Both the position numbers and the translations under genes were made by a program. The notes beneath the pieces were generated by a model. That model had not been told where the DNA came from. It did not search any database and saw only the letters and a list, made by a program, of their open reading frames with translations. From Octopus sinensis (Eukaryota), in the NCBI RefSeq assembly GCF_006345805.1, contig NC_043007.1, positions 74,834,001 through 74,898,000 of the forward strand: a stretch of DNA of 64,000 bases. The letters are read 5' to 3'. How positions within the stretch are numbered: the first letter of the stretch is position 1; each line of letters starts with the position of its first letter. Positions 26,491 to 41,422 of this stretch are shown one piece after another.

Positions 26491-29400
26491 GGAATGATAT
26501 AATGAAATGAGAAAAACGAAAAGGTTTAAGTGACTGCAATTTTTTAAAGAATATTTTTAAATGTAGTACAAAGCATTATATATAGAGAGAGTTTGAAACA
26601 TTATAACTTGAACATTTAGATGTAGAGATGATATTTTTTAAATACTCTAAATTTTTTGTTTTCTAATATCAATTGTTATTTTTGTTATTTAAATTTTAAA
26701 ATGTTATTCAGTCAAAATTGCAATCATGCTACAAATATATGTTAGTCAATTTGGATAAAGTTACTATTTTAAAACTTAACAGTTCAGCAAAAGAGACTGA
26801 TAGAATGAGTACTAGACTTTAAAAAAATAAATAAGTACTGAGATTGATTCATTTGACTAAAAATTCTTCAAGGCAGTGCCTCAGCATGGCCGCAGTCTAA
26901 TGACTGAAACAAATAAAAGATACATTAATGATGATGCATAGATGACTATGTATAAGTTTCTTTATCATTCATATAACTTTTGTATCATGATTGCAATCTT
27001 TTTTTTTTTTCTTTGAAAACTTGAATGCCTTAGTTAGAAAGAGAGGAAGAAGTGACTGAACATAAGTTAGTGTGATGAGAAGTAGGATATCAAAATATCA
27101 AAATATCAAAATAACATAAGTTAGTGTGATGAGAAGAAGGATATCAAAATATCAACTGATATTCAGACCAGAGGCCAGGTCAGAATGTTTACATGAGAGT
27201 AAACACTGATAAAGGCAACCCATGAAGGCCTACATTAATCTGATAATCAGTTCCACAAAATTTCCTTATTACTCAGTTATTAGTTTCAACCAGAGTTCTG
27301 TAGCCATGCTGGGGCACAAACATTTTTTTATCTAATTCGTTGGCTATACTAGACCTGATCAACAATTATAGTACAAACTGCTGTTAAAAGGCTGTTTGAC
27401 TGAAAACTTATGGCTCAATTGATCCTCAATTATGAGGTCAATAACTAAAGTGGTAAGTTCTCATGAAGTGAGTAGTGTACACTTAATTGTTCTGTGTATG
27501 TGATGCAACTGGCAGGCAAGACAGGTTTATATCATTTTGTATCCAGTCTCTTCTACTGAAAGTCTTGTAGCATAAGACAATGCTACTGTTGTATTATTAT
27601 TGTTAGAGTAGAAGATACAGTTGTTGAAATACAGCTGCTGCATACAATAGTTTTATTGATTTAAGAATAGCCAAAGTTGGTGGCAGACTTCTGCTTGACC
27701 ATAAAAGTTACAATGAGTGTGAAGTATTTTAATGCAGAGAATTTTGTATCTCGAATAAATTGGAAAACTTTTATCATCTTTCTCTTTTTTTTTAATATTA
27801 AAAGTCGTGCATGGTATAATGAAATATTACAGCATGTGATAGCACAAACCCACTCTGAAGAGCATGGTAAAAAGTTTGTTTGGTTTGAATGTTTTTGTGA
27901 AAAGTTCCCAGTTTGTGTACCTTCTATTTTTTAAACTTTTAATTGTTTCAGAGCGTAGCCATACTAGGGCACCACCTAGAAATATTTTTTAGTCAAATGA
28001 ACCAACCCAGTACTTATTTTTTTCAAGTCTGGCACTTATTCTGTCGTTCTTTTTGCTGAACTGCTAGGTTACATGGATGAAAGCATACCAATGCCAGTTG
28101 TCAAGCAGTGTTGGGGTCAAACAGAGACAAAGACACACACACATATATACATACATTGCCAGTACTGCCTGACTGGCCCCCATGCAGGTGGCACGTAAAA
28201 AGCACCCACTACACTCTTGGAGTGGTTGGCATTAGGAAGGGCATCCAGCTGTAGAAACTCTGCCAGATCAGGACTGGAGCCTGGTGCAGCCATCTGGTTG
28301 CCAGCCCTCAGTCAAAACCGTCCAACCCATGCTAGCTTGGAAAACGGACGTTAAATGATAATGATGATGATGATGATGCAACAGGCTCTCTTCAATTTCT
28401 GTCTTCCAAATCCATGCACAAGGCTTCGGTCAACCTGAGGCTATAGCAGAAGATATTTGCTCAAGTTGTCAGACAGTGGAACTGAACCCTGGATTATGTG
28501 GCTGAGAAGCAAGCTTCTTACTACACTGCCAACCTGCACCAACTAAGTGTAATATTGACTACCAACCTTTTTTCACTAGTTTGATGTGGAAGACGGTCAA
28601 GATGCAACCATAGTTTTCACATATTGTTCACAGATCCTTGATGTGACCAATTTACAAGTCAAAGCTGTGAAAAAAATATGGAAAGGAATGGTATTTTAGA
28701 GGAGCAAAGCCTTAAGAAAGAAAAAAAAAACTGGATATAGTGACTAGTGCAGGAACTAAGAATTTTGGGGATACAAAATGGGTAACCAGAGAAGGGGTTG
28801 TATAAGTGAGGGGTGATGGGTATCTGCTACTGGATGTAGTTATAAGGAACATCATATTTTATTTAGGGTTATTGGAATATCGTTTAATTTAGAGTTATTG
28901 GAGTATCATATATATATATATTATGGATCGATTTTTTGTGGGCAACAATCAAAAGATACTAAAATATTTAATATTGGTTTGCAATTTTGGTTGAAGGCCA
29001 GTAATTTCACAATAAGCTGATTACATTAATCCCAGTGCTCGACTCGTACTTATTTTATCGAGCCCAAAAGGATGAAAGGCAAAATCGACCATGGCAAAAT
29101 CTGAACACAGAATGCAAAGATGGACAAAATGATGCTAAACATTTTGCCCAGCATGCTAATGATTCTGCCAGCTCATCACTTTACTCAAATATTGTATGCT
29201 TTATATATAATTGTTTCTAGCACGAGTTCAAATTTTGGTGGATAGTACAGTGATTTCAATCAATTCCTGTACTTGAATAGTGGGTAGAGTGTTTCATTTG
29301 TAATTGCAAGATCAGGGTTTCGATTCTTGGATCAGGTGGTGTATTGTGCCCTTGAGCAAAACACTTCATTTCACATTGTTCCAGTTCACTCAGCAATGTG

Positions 29401-29829
29401 TAACCTGCAATGGACTAGTGTCCATAGCATATGAGTGATTTGAGTCACTTATTTACTATGAAGACCAGGTAGCCAGCTCTATGGGCTCAAGGAACTGAGA
29501 AATTATTGTCCAGGAGTTGATGATGGTGTATTTGACCGGAAATTATTTTATTGATTACAGAAGAATGGCAGGAAAAAATCAACTCCCAAAAAATACAAAC
29601 TCAAATATCAAAGGACAGAACTAAATACTACAAAGCATTTTGTCTGTCACACCACCAATTCTATCAATCAACTGCCCTTATACTGCAAATCACAGATAGT
29701 TGATCAAATTAACAATTTATTTTATAGAACTGTGATCATTATTATATATATTATACCATATATATATATATATATACTACATTACACAATGTATGTATGT
29801 GTGTGTGTATTTATATATATATATATATA

Positions 29830-30795
29830 TTGGGTCATTCCATAAATAATGCCGTTTTTTATAGTTCTTTTATTTTTCAAAATTAAGATAAAGTTCTTTT
29901 TAATCTAAAATGTACTTTCCTTCATTATCAACAATGTTCTTCCATCTATCTTGCAAGGCCCCTCTTCTAAAATGCACTTGTTCATGACGAAAAATACTCC
30001 TTCAGTACTGTTCTGGCTTAACCAGCTGAAGCTGCTCACAGTAGATTTCCTTTGTTATCATTTGGTTTGGGTTTAAAAGTTCAAAGTGGACTAAACCTTT
30101 CATATTCCACCAAACAGTTAACAACACCTTACGTGGGTGAAGACCTTCTTTAGCCTGGGATGCCTGTGTTTCTCCTTTCCCTGCCCACTACCTTCAGTAC
30201 TTGACATTTTTATAGAGAACCCATTTCTCATCACCAGTCACTATTCAGTCCAAAAAAAGTTTCATTCATGACTCGTGACTGCAAAGAAGAGCACACATTT
30301 ACTCTCTGCATGCAATTAGACTTGGAAAGTTTGTGAAGTATCCATTGACCTAATTTGCTGACTTTTCTGATGGCATGCAAGTGTCGATAAATGGTTGGAT
30401 GACCAAATCCAAGCTTCTTTGCTAGTTCCTCAACAGTTACAATGGGATTTTATTCCTCCATGATTTGCAGGATGTCATCAATGAGCTCTACAGATCTTCC
30501 AGGACAAAGCTGCATTAATATTCCTCACACTTTCCATTCTGTTGTTGTCTTTACTGAACTCATAAAATAAAATATTCCAAATATGGTCCTTTGTCACTTC
30601 CATTATAGCTTTGAAAAAATATTTGATGAAATCGAACTGCACTCTTCAAAACTTGTACTAAGAATAAGGACAAGGTAAAATTACTACCTGCTTTTATAGC
30701 AAGATGATCCAGGTAGTTTATCCTGTCCCCTTCTGACATGCAATTGTTATTGTTCATGCAATTGAAAAAACTGTATTATTTATTAAATGACCTAA
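29830..30795 (-). mobile_element. Mariner (Tc1/mariner) transposon, internally deleted and decayed
   Basis: TIRs ttgggtcattccataaataatgccgttttt / aaaaactgtattatttattaaatgacctaa, TA on both sides. Minus-strand translation MEVTKDHI..ILFYEF, VTVEELAKKLGF, GQWILHKL (WVPHEL motif), VTGDEKWVLY. Confidence 0.92.
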
Positions 30796-30848
30796 TATAT
30801 ATATTTAAGTATATATACTACATTACACTATGTATGCATATATATGTG

Positions 30849-30896
<48 letters not shown>

Positions 30897-30927
30897 TACA
30901 TATGTATATATTTATGTATATATATAT

Positions 30928-30993
<66 letters not shown>

Positions 30994-31007
30994 TATATAT
31001 ACATATA

Positions 31008-31047
<40 letters not shown>

Positions 31048-31048
31048 C

Positions 31049-31086
<38 letters not shown>

Positions 31087-34000
31087 ATATATATATAAGA
31101 TACATAATATCTATATAATATTATATGTATTATATTCGTTTTACTGTTACTATTATTTGGTTTCTGGGGAAATAATATGGAAAATAGAGGAATATTTGGT
31201 TAACAATTCAGGTGTAAAATTTGATGCTTGACAAATGTTTATTTCTTGTGTAATCACTTATATAATACATGTTGAAAGAGGTTAGAAGCCATACAGAGAT
31301 TAGTAATGGAGTAATGCAGAATTAGTAATGGGAGCTGCAAATTATGCCACAAAGTAGAATATATACCATGGACATCTAAGCATTCCATGGTCTTTGAAGA
31401 AGTTCAGAAGTCTTTGAAGCCAATTATAATCAGTGTAATTAAGAAAAAGAGATTGTAGCAAATTCATTGACAGTAATAATTATATTATATAACTGATCAT
31501 CATATAATTAATGTTCCCGGTTGATATAGTTCTGTTCAAACAATTAAGCTTAGGCATGTACCTACTAGCTACAATAATATTCTTGAAGTAAAGTGTAAAG
31601 ACCCAGCATCTGTATGACTTGTTAAGCAGAACAAAGATATATATATATCAGTACAAAGGATGTAAATTTTGTCATTTACAATAATTATCCTAATTAACTG
31701 TGCTTCTACATTTCATTATATTCGCAATGGCTGACCTCACACAAATGGTGAACGGGAACATTTTCATGTCCTTTGCTGTTTTGCTACCTTGTTTGATGAG
31801 TGCAGCATGAGATGTGATGTTACTAATATGATGTTTGCAATTGATTTTTGTAATTTTGTCTCTGTTATGTTTCTGAGTTTGATATGAAAAATTGTCAGTT
31901 TTCTGTTTTATCATTGTTGTCTATATTTTTGTTCATTATTTATTTTGCTTGTTTCACTGTTTTTTTTTTACTTTTGTTTCTTGATTTGAATTGTTTTTTT
32001 TTATTTTTGTTTCTGTTAATTAGTTGACTGCAATGACATTGGTGACTTTGTTGGTGAGTGGAAATTATTATTACCTCTGTCTTCATAAATGGAGGAGGAA
32101 GCTAGAATTTCTCATCAGCTGGCTCTTTTTACAGTCAATGATGTAGATTTTGTAATGATATAGATCTGGTATTGATTAAATGACTGTCAGCTAAGAACTG
32201 ATGAATAATAGGTCAGCTGCAGTAATTTTCTATAAAGTCAAGGATAATAATCTAAAGAAAGAAACAATAAGAATAAACCATTATCAGAGATCATAATTTA
32301 GATGCCATCTGCAAGATACTATTGTGCAATTATGCTAATGATTAAGAAGACAATGACACTGCTCTGCATGCTTCAGTTTAGTAGACAATACAAGAATCAC
32401 ATTTGAATGTATGATGAGTGTCAAAATCCACAACTACAATCTTTTGAAAGGATTTATTTTAGATGGGTGTTTAGTAAATTATTATATTTGCTAATGATCT
32501 ATTTTCAGACTTTGTCTTCTATCTTTTCATTATTATAGTCATTTGTGTGGTATTAAACATATGCTGTTTGTCAGGCTACTGATAACCAGGCAACAGTTCT
32601 TCAAGAAAAGAAGTAAGAGAATGTTGAAACTTGAGAAAGATCTAAGTGACAAGAAGGTGCATTGCCTAATTTATAAGCTGTGCCCCTTCTTGTTCCTGAT
32701 AGTCTTTGGCATCTTCATACTGAGCTACTTAAACTCTTCTCAAGTTTCAACATTCTGTTACAATTCTTCCATTAATTTAAAGTGTAAACCAGGTTATCTG
32801 TTAATAGGTATTAGGCAACAGATACAGAATTGTACAGAGAAGTTATTTCAAGAATAGCTAGAATCTAATTGAATGCTATGCAAAAATGCACTTGCTAAAC
32901 AAAAGAAAACACTTTGCCATGACAGTACAAGTATTTTTCAAATGTATTCAACATAGGAAGCTGTATATTTCAATTGTAAATGAGGATCAAACATATCACT
33001 TAATGAAATAAAGTAGTAAGGTATGAAAATCAAAGGCTTAGTTGCTTAGAATAGATCAGTAAAAACAGTCAAATCATGTCGTTGTGAATAGGCTTTAATC
33101 AATGTGGTGGATTCAGCATAACATATCTTAGATTTAATTATTCTTTAAATCTATATATTTTCTTTTTTTTTGTTTTTTTATCAAATTTGCAATTTCGATT
33201 TCAGTTCTTTTCTTTAGAAAAATAATTTGTTTTTCCTTCACAAAGTTAATAACATACAACTGAATATGGCAACACACCCAGCTTATTGGTTTAGAGGATA
33301 AACAACATGTTATAGGTTTAAGAATAACTGTTGTATACCTGAGAACCATCAACAATTACCTTCATAGCATAGTTGTGTATAGGATAAAAAAAGAAAGAAG
33401 GAAAATAGCAGGGGCTGTGCTTCAAAGCAGGCATGTGTAAATAGCAGGAGGCTTTGTTTAGAAGCTTAATAGGAGCAGAAAACAGTATTTCTTCTCTAAA
33501 AATGACAGGGCAAGAACGAAGAAATATAAAGAATCCCAACTATAATCTGTTGGCATGCTGAGTGTCAATGACAAAAGGTTGAAAGCATGAAATTGCCATA
33601 TAACTAGAAGAAAATATTACTCTGTTCACACATTTGAAGGTTTAAGCATAGAAATTATTACATGATCAGAAAGAGAAAAACCAAACAAAACAAGCAGATT
33701 TTTTGCAGATGCTGGTCAATGACTACATTAGCTTATCAAATAATTATTGTCCTGTTTGGAGACATCTGATGAAAATTCATTAAAAGTATACTCGAGGGAA
33801 ACTGAACTAAGTTTACAACATCCATTATTATTCCGTTCACAATTAGATGATGTCCAGAATGACTGTGGTCATGAAGGCTAAAACAGATTTAAGAACACCT
33901 CTGGGATGTAGTATGGGAATATAAATCAATTCCAGTACTTTATTGGAATGTTACTGCATTGACCCTCAAAAAATTAATGACAAAGTGACCTTGGTAACTA

Positions 34001-35623
34001 AATACTACAAGTAATATTCCATTACCAAGAAGTACAAGTTTTGTCATTCCACTGCTGATTAATATAATTTTTGTATTTAAATTCTCCTTAGCATAGATGC
34101 AAGCATAACTGTTTGCTTAAGAAGCTCATTTTGCATCCACATGCTTTCAGCTTCAATCTCATAGCATTGTGCCCTGGGACAACCTATGCATTTTGATGAA
34201 ATTTGGTAGATAGGAACTGTGTGGAACACTGTTGTGTGTGTGTGTGGGGGGGTTGTCACCACTTGTGTCAGTTTGTTTATGTCCCCATAACTTGGCAGGT
34301 CATCAAAAGACATTGCTGAAATAAGTACCAGACTTTATAAAAAATGTAGGTGTTATGATGGTTTTGTTCCACTAAAACACTTCAAGGTGCTGCCTTAGCA
34401 CGGTCCCATTCCAATAACTGAAAAAAGTAAAAGTTAAAATTATCACCCAGCGCCTTACAATCAATATGCTTCTATGATCAATAATCAAATCAATATGCAT
34501 CAGTAAATTCTGGTACTTTTCTTTTGATCATTCATTTAACCTTCTTTCTTTTCTAAATTTGGATTTCATAATCTCAGGATTAGCACTTTAACTCTGAACC
34601 TCTAATCCTTGTTATCATTTCAAAACAGTAATATTACTCTTTGATAAAAGCGGTTTCAAATTTTGGTACAGAGCCAGAAAGTTTGGAGAGGGAGTAAATC
34701 AATCACATTGACCCTAGTGCTTGACTGGTACATATTTTATTGACCCCGAAAAGATGAAAGGCAGAGTCAACCTTGACAGAATTTGAACCCAGAACATGGA
34801 GACAAACAAAATGTCACTTAACATTTTGCCCAGTATGCTAACGTTTCTGCCAGCTTGCTGCCCTATTGCTCTTGGATAATATCAAGATCTTAATTGTTAT
34901 GAAACTGAAGGGTTTCCACTTCCTTCAAAAGAAAAACTCACCTGATGTGTGTGTGTTTTTTTTTTCTCTGGCTATTTTTTGAAATTGAAAAATGCTAGAG
35001 ATATTTTGAAAAGAATTTAAAAATTCTTAACTAAGGGCATAATTTTAGTTGCGGATAAAAGTTGGTAGCTAAAATCTTTACTGCAATTTTCATTCACTTT
35101 TAATGAAAATAACAGGTTTCAAGAAGATTGTTTATGAGTATAGGAAAAAAATTGGCAGAAGTAAGGCTGGTGATGAAAATTATTATAAAAGTACATCAGC
35201 ATCATTAGATATTTTTGATAATATCTGACACTAAAGAAAGCAAAGTTTTGCCAATAAATATAATGTGACTGAATAATGTGACTGTTCTTGCAATTACTGC
35301 TAGCTAATTGCTGTATAGCAGATAATTAGGTGTCAATTTTGAAATCTATGTTTTTATAGAGGTTAATATTTTACAAGAATAAAACGATTTTGAATTAATA
35401 GCTTCACCTAATAATTCATTTTCTCTTTTTTCATTTCATTAACAAAAGCTTTCACACACGCACAAATATATTTTTATATATAATTTTTTCTCTCTTTTTT
35501 CTCCTTCATTAGCTTTTGTTTTCTGAAGCAGAAACAATAAAAACAAAAGCTTTTCTTCATTTTCCTGTGCTTTCTTCCTAATTTGATATATATATATATG
35601 CATATGTGTGCACATACATACAT

Positions 35624-35694
<71 letters not shown>

Positions 35695-38600
35695 CATATA
35701 TAACTTTCATTTTAGAATTTTATTTATTTATTTATTATGTCCAACTTATTAATTTTATTCTGTTTTATTCCTTATAATTTTGTTTTAGTATAAAATGTAA
35801 TTTACCATATTTTTCTCTCATTCCTATCATCATCATCACCACCACCACCACCACCACCACCATCATCATCACCATTGTCTTTTATTTTCTATTTTCTATT
35901 ATTCTCATTGTTTTCATTGCGAGCAACGACATCTCTTTAGGTTTCGTTTCAATCTCTGTTTTCTAATCTTCATATTTGGTGAGCTAGCTGTTGCTTTTCT
36001 GTCATCATTAGTGCCGAAACATTTCTTTTTTTCTTTTATATTTTTTTGTGACTGAGAATCGGTTTCTCATGCTTCTTTTTTCTTTTCACTTTTCATCTGC
36101 TTTGTGTTGCATCTTCAGTGCTCAACCATTTTGAATTCCATCTTTATCTTTGCAATTTCATGTAAAAAATATTTTTTTTTTATTACTCAATTTTTTTTTC
36201 TCTTTGTGCTTTCATCATATTTAAGCAACAAATGTTTCATGAATGTGAAGATATACTGTTTCTTTCTTGCCAGATATTAAATGAAATTTTGAAAATATTA
36301 GTGAAAATTTCATCTTTTTTTTTTCCTAAATATTTGCTATTTATGATATTTGAAATAAGCTTATATTTTTATTTTATGTCAAAGACATAAATTTTGTTGC
36401 ATCATATTAAATCTAAATTTGAGGCTAAAAGATTATCTTCCATATTTAAAAACCAAAGTAATCTTATTTTTAACAAAATCGAAACAAGGAACCCTATTAA
36501 TATTTGAGCATTTAAACTGACCATATTTGGCCTAAATATTTTACTTGTTTTATGTTCATCCTAACCAGATCTATCTAGATATTCTATGTTTTATATTCAA
36601 ACTGGCCAAATGTGGCTTCTCACGTCTACCCTACAATGACATTCTAAAAGTGAACAATCACGTCATTAAAATCTCAATTTTATAATTATATTTTTTGGAG
36701 ATATAAAGCAAAAACTTACATGTTATACAGTAGATATTAGAATATAACTATACATATAGTCTTCTGTGTATAACTATCTTCATTTTTGTTCCAATTCAAA
36801 TAAAATAAATATCAATTTCAGTGTAAAAACTTATAAAATATTTAGTTCAAATAAAATGTTTAATTCCTAAAATTCATCAGGGTTTTCTTTTTCACATTTC
36901 TGAGAATTTATTAGTTGTAAATTAAATGTAATATTGGTAGAGATTTTTTTCATCGGTTTCTTCAGCCAAATAAGTATAAAAATAAATAGTATAACGAAAC
37001 TACAACAAGGCTGTATTGTTAAGAAGCTTACTTTCCAAGCATGTCATCATCATCATCATCATCATCGTTTAATGTCCGCTTTCCATGCTAGCATGGGTTG
37101 GATGATTTGACTGAGGACTGGCGAACCAGATGGCTGCACCAGACTCCAATCTGATCTGGCAGAGTTTCTACAGCTGGATGCCCTTCCTAACACCAACCAC
37201 TCTGAGAGTGTAGTGGGTGCTTTTTATGTGCCACCGGCATGAAGGCCATTCAGGTGGTACTGGCAATGACCATGCTCAAATGGTGCTTTTTATGTGCCAC
37301 CTGCACAGGAGCCAGTCCAGCGGCACTGGCAACAACCTTGCTCAAATGTTTTTTTCACATGCCACCAGCACAAGTGCTAGTAAAGCGACGCAGGTAACAA
37401 TCATGCCCGAATGGTGCTTTAACTTGCCACTGCCACAGAAGCCAGTTGGCTGCTCTGGCAACAATCATGCTTGGATGGTGCTCTTAGCGCTCCACTAGCA
37501 TGGATGCCAGTCATCGAACTTGATTTCAATTTCGATTTCACTTACCTCAACAGGTCTTCGCAAGCAGAGTTTAGTGTCCAATGAAGGAAAGGCACGCATA
37601 AGTGGACTGGTTACACCCCTGGCATAGGCCACAAGGTTATGGTCTTACTTGCACTTGCCGAGTCTTCTCAAGCACAACATATTTCTGTGTTCTTAGATTC
37701 AGTCCTACTGTGCTGCGCTTGGACAAGTTCCTGCCTGACCAAAGTCTTGTAAGAGAATTTGGTCATTGGAAACTAAAACAAGCCTGTCATATACGTGTGT
37801 GTGTGTGTGTGTGTGTCCTTGTCTAGGCACCATGTCAAAGAGCTTTACCATTTTGACAAGCAATGTTCTTCATTTGCAGTCTTCTGTGAAAAACATGTTT
37901 AGCTATGGAAAAAATAATACCTTTCATGGAAACAGGTGGGAGATGATAACAGAAAAGTCATCTGGCTATAGAAAATCTGCCTCAAAACATTCCATCTGAC
38001 CCATGTGAGCATGGAAATATGGATGTTAAACGAGGATGATGATGATATATTTCAGTCAGGACAATTTGACAGTGAGTTTTCAGATGTTCAATCAACCGGA
38101 TTACTACCAGACTCATCAAAAAACAAAAAAAACTGATGATGTGGGTTCCAGTTGATCTGATCAACAGGACAGCCTGCTCATGAAATTAACATAAAACTGG
38201 CTGAGCCCTCCATAGACACATGTACCCTTAACATAGCTTTCAGGAAGATTCAATATGACATAGAATGTGACAAGGCTTGCCCTTTGAATTACAGGTACAA
38301 CTAATTTTTATCAACTGAGAGGACTGGAGCAACATGAAATAAAGTGTCTTGCTTAAGGATTCAATGTGTCACTGGGAATTGAACTCACGACCTTATGATC
38401 TTGAGCTGACTACCTTAACCACTAAGCCACATGTCTTCGCACTCGTTAAAACAGAATTTAAAAGGTCATCATCATTGCCCAGTTCTACAATGTACAATAT
38501 AACTTCAAAATATTTCAAAACTTTGGTTTTAGCTATGGAAAGATCTATCCACTTGAAGCCAGGAGACTTGGTTTCTCCTCAACTCGAATTGTTTGTTCTT

Positions 38601-39269
38601 TTTTAGATACGGGTTGCAGGAAGAGAACAGGAAATAAATTCATTATCATATTTGTTTTATAGAAATCAATACCAGAGATTGGGTTTCAGTTTCATACCTT
38701 TAGCCATTGGGTGATCCCATGCCCAAGGGATATGATTATCCTTGACCAAGGCCTCTTCAGTACATTGTTGCTTCACCTACTAGAAATAACAGCCAAATCC
38801 CCCACACACACCAAAACTACACCCTACCATCTTAATATAGACACATTGGGATAATTCTGTTCCAGAAGGAAAATGGTTTGACTTAGACTGGAACTGGTCT
38901 GAGGATTGCTTCAGTTGCTTAAACAACGATGACTTACAAAAAGAAATAAGAAAAAGCAAACAATAATAAATCTCTGAACGAGGTATAAATACTGATAAGG
39001 CACAGAAAGTGTGTCAATAGCCAACTGGAGAAGATGTTCTCCTGGGGCTACACACTACAGTAGCATCCACCCTTAGTGGTTAGCCACATTTAAGTGGCAA
39101 ATATACTTCAAAAAGCAAACAGTTGTACCAATATTAGTCCCAATTATTTCAGTGAAAATATATTTACTTAATGAAGTTTTAATATCTGATAGCAAGAGCT
39201 ATTAACATTTTAATGCAAACATTTAATGATACAATATGAAGAGAAACCAAGACAAACTTATTTGCTTGA

Positions 39270-39440
<171 letters not shown>

Positions 39441-40637
39441 TGAATGTTTGAATCTGTATGTGTGCATGTGTACGTACATACATGTGTATGTGTGTGCACA
39501 TACATATGTGTGTATGTGTGTGTGTATATATAAGTGTGTGCGTATGTGTATAAATCTCTGTTTATTAACTGAGAAGCAAAAAATTACAAAACTCAATACA
39601 TAAATGTAGAATATTCTTTAACACATTATAACTAAAAGGTTCATAATTCCAGTACTCTGAGTTACATGTTTCTGGTCATTCAACTGATACTCCAAGTATG
39701 CTTTTCTTTTGAAATATTTGCTGTTTTAATATATTTTCGAAATATTATATAAAAATTATGAAGGAAACAAAAATCTATGTTCTTTTAAAAAAACAACTTT
39801 GAGAGTATCACATCCCTAAGAGGCTCATTATAAGTGTATAAAATATATGAGTGTCTGTGCATGAGTGAAAATATTTAAGTGCATAGCTAAAGATACTATG
39901 ATGTGATTTGAGGGAGAGTTTCTGACTTTTCAGTAAAGCATGCTCTTCAGGAATATAAAAATGATCATCCTGGTCAAACTCACAGAGCCTTGGGAGGAGA
40001 GACATATTTCCACCAGGTAAAGAAATCGAAATATCAGGACTTAGTTGATGAGGCTGGCATGAGGCTTCATTTTCCATTGAAAATCAGCTGCCACAAATTT
40101 CCATCTGGATCAGTGTGTTGTTTCCTGCAGAATCTAGGCCTGGAACCCAGACAACTTAAGAAAGCCATCAGGAAAATAGGCATGGCAGTTGAAACTAGCT
40201 TAAGATGGTTATGGTGGATAAGAGACCACAAGTGGAAGACTAGCTCAATTCTCACTACCCTATTCAGACCTAGAAACAATAGTGGCTAAGAGGTAGTTTC
40301 ACACCCCTCAAAACCCTGGAACTCCCAAACTAAGGCCCCACTACTGGATGCAGTTTAAAGCCAAACTCAGATTAAATATTAGTTTCAAATTTTGGCACAA
40401 GGCCAGCAAGTTCAGGGGAGGGGTTAAGTTGATTACATTGTCCCCCAATGTTCAACTGGTACTTTATTTTGTCGACCCCAAAAGAATGAAAGGTAATGTT
40501 GACCCTGGCAAAATAAACCCAGATTAAATATTGAAGATTAAATATGTTGTTAAAATCCCAGAAATGTATATTAAAATAGCTTTTACTTTTTAAACATTCT
40601 TTAAATAACTCTATTTTTGTTGTTTGTTTTTCCTTAG

Positions 40638-40734
40638 CACATTGGTTACGGGGTGAGTGTGATTGCATCTTTCCAACAAACATTATGGACAGTGGTCCCT
40701 ATGTGTTCAGGAGCAATCAGATTAAAGTCTCTTG
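40638..40734 (+). CDS. RyR: RyR exon (97 nt): HIGYGVSVIASFQQTLWTVVPMCSGAIRLKSL(G)
   Basis: ccttag|CAC...CTTG|gtaagt; ASFQQTLW motif; phases fit neighbours. Confidence 0.95.
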
Positions 40735-41328
40735 GTAAGTTTCACTTAGTTTTACAGCCTTAATCTTTTTGTTTGTTTGTTTGTTTCACACATTTTACAT
40801 CAAGAATCTTGCAAAATTTTCATAAACATAATTTTTGTCTTCTCTATCCTAAAATACAATCTTCAAATGTTGTATATATATCTTGTTTTCTTTCTTTTTT
40901 GCATGCTAACTTGTCAACTGTATATCAAGTAAGATTTATTACAATAAAAGTTAAGTGAGTGTGTTGTGCAGTTTAGGAACTCACAAGGCTGGAGCTTAAC
41001 CCAGTTTCCATGCTTTATAAGTGACTGAGATTTACAAACCTTGCTCTGGAACAAGATGTCAGTCCATTGCAGATTTAACACCCTAGGTTTTGCTGGAATT
41101 CATTTACAGCTGATTGGACTGGAGCAACATGAAGTGAAGTGTTTTGCTCAAGAACATAACATACCACCCAGTCTAGGAATTGAAACCTTGATTTTACAAT
41201 CATGAGTACAACACCATAACTGCTTGACTATACTCCTTCACATGCAATTATAGTAAAGATTATATATTATAAAAATAAACCTCCTGTGGTTGTTATTCAT
41301 GTCTTTATTTTTTATTATGTCACTTCAG

Positions 41329-41422
41329 GATTTGTATTTGGTGGAGATGTAGTGAGACTTTTTCACGGTCATATGGATGAATGCCTTACAATACCACGAT
41401 CAGGGAGTGAAAATGAGGACAA
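41329..41422 (+). CDS. RyR: RyR exon (94 nt): (G)[30 protein letters not shown](N)
   Basis: cttcag|GATTT...GACAA|gtaagt; [15 protein letters not shown] motif. Confidence 0.97.

Noticed and set aside
28580-28690. FDVEDGQDAT, superficially like RyR FDVGLQEDAT
   Set aside because: An in-frame stop lies immediately upstream, DKLA is absent, and there is no phase-1 donor after the motif; treated as coincidence
35116-35160. 45-nt phase-1 open segment with gtaagg donor (GFKKIVYEYRKKIGR)
   Set aside because: Purine-rich, weak acceptor, and it would turn the conserved Gly of GESCWW into Ser; weaker than the 32024 candidate
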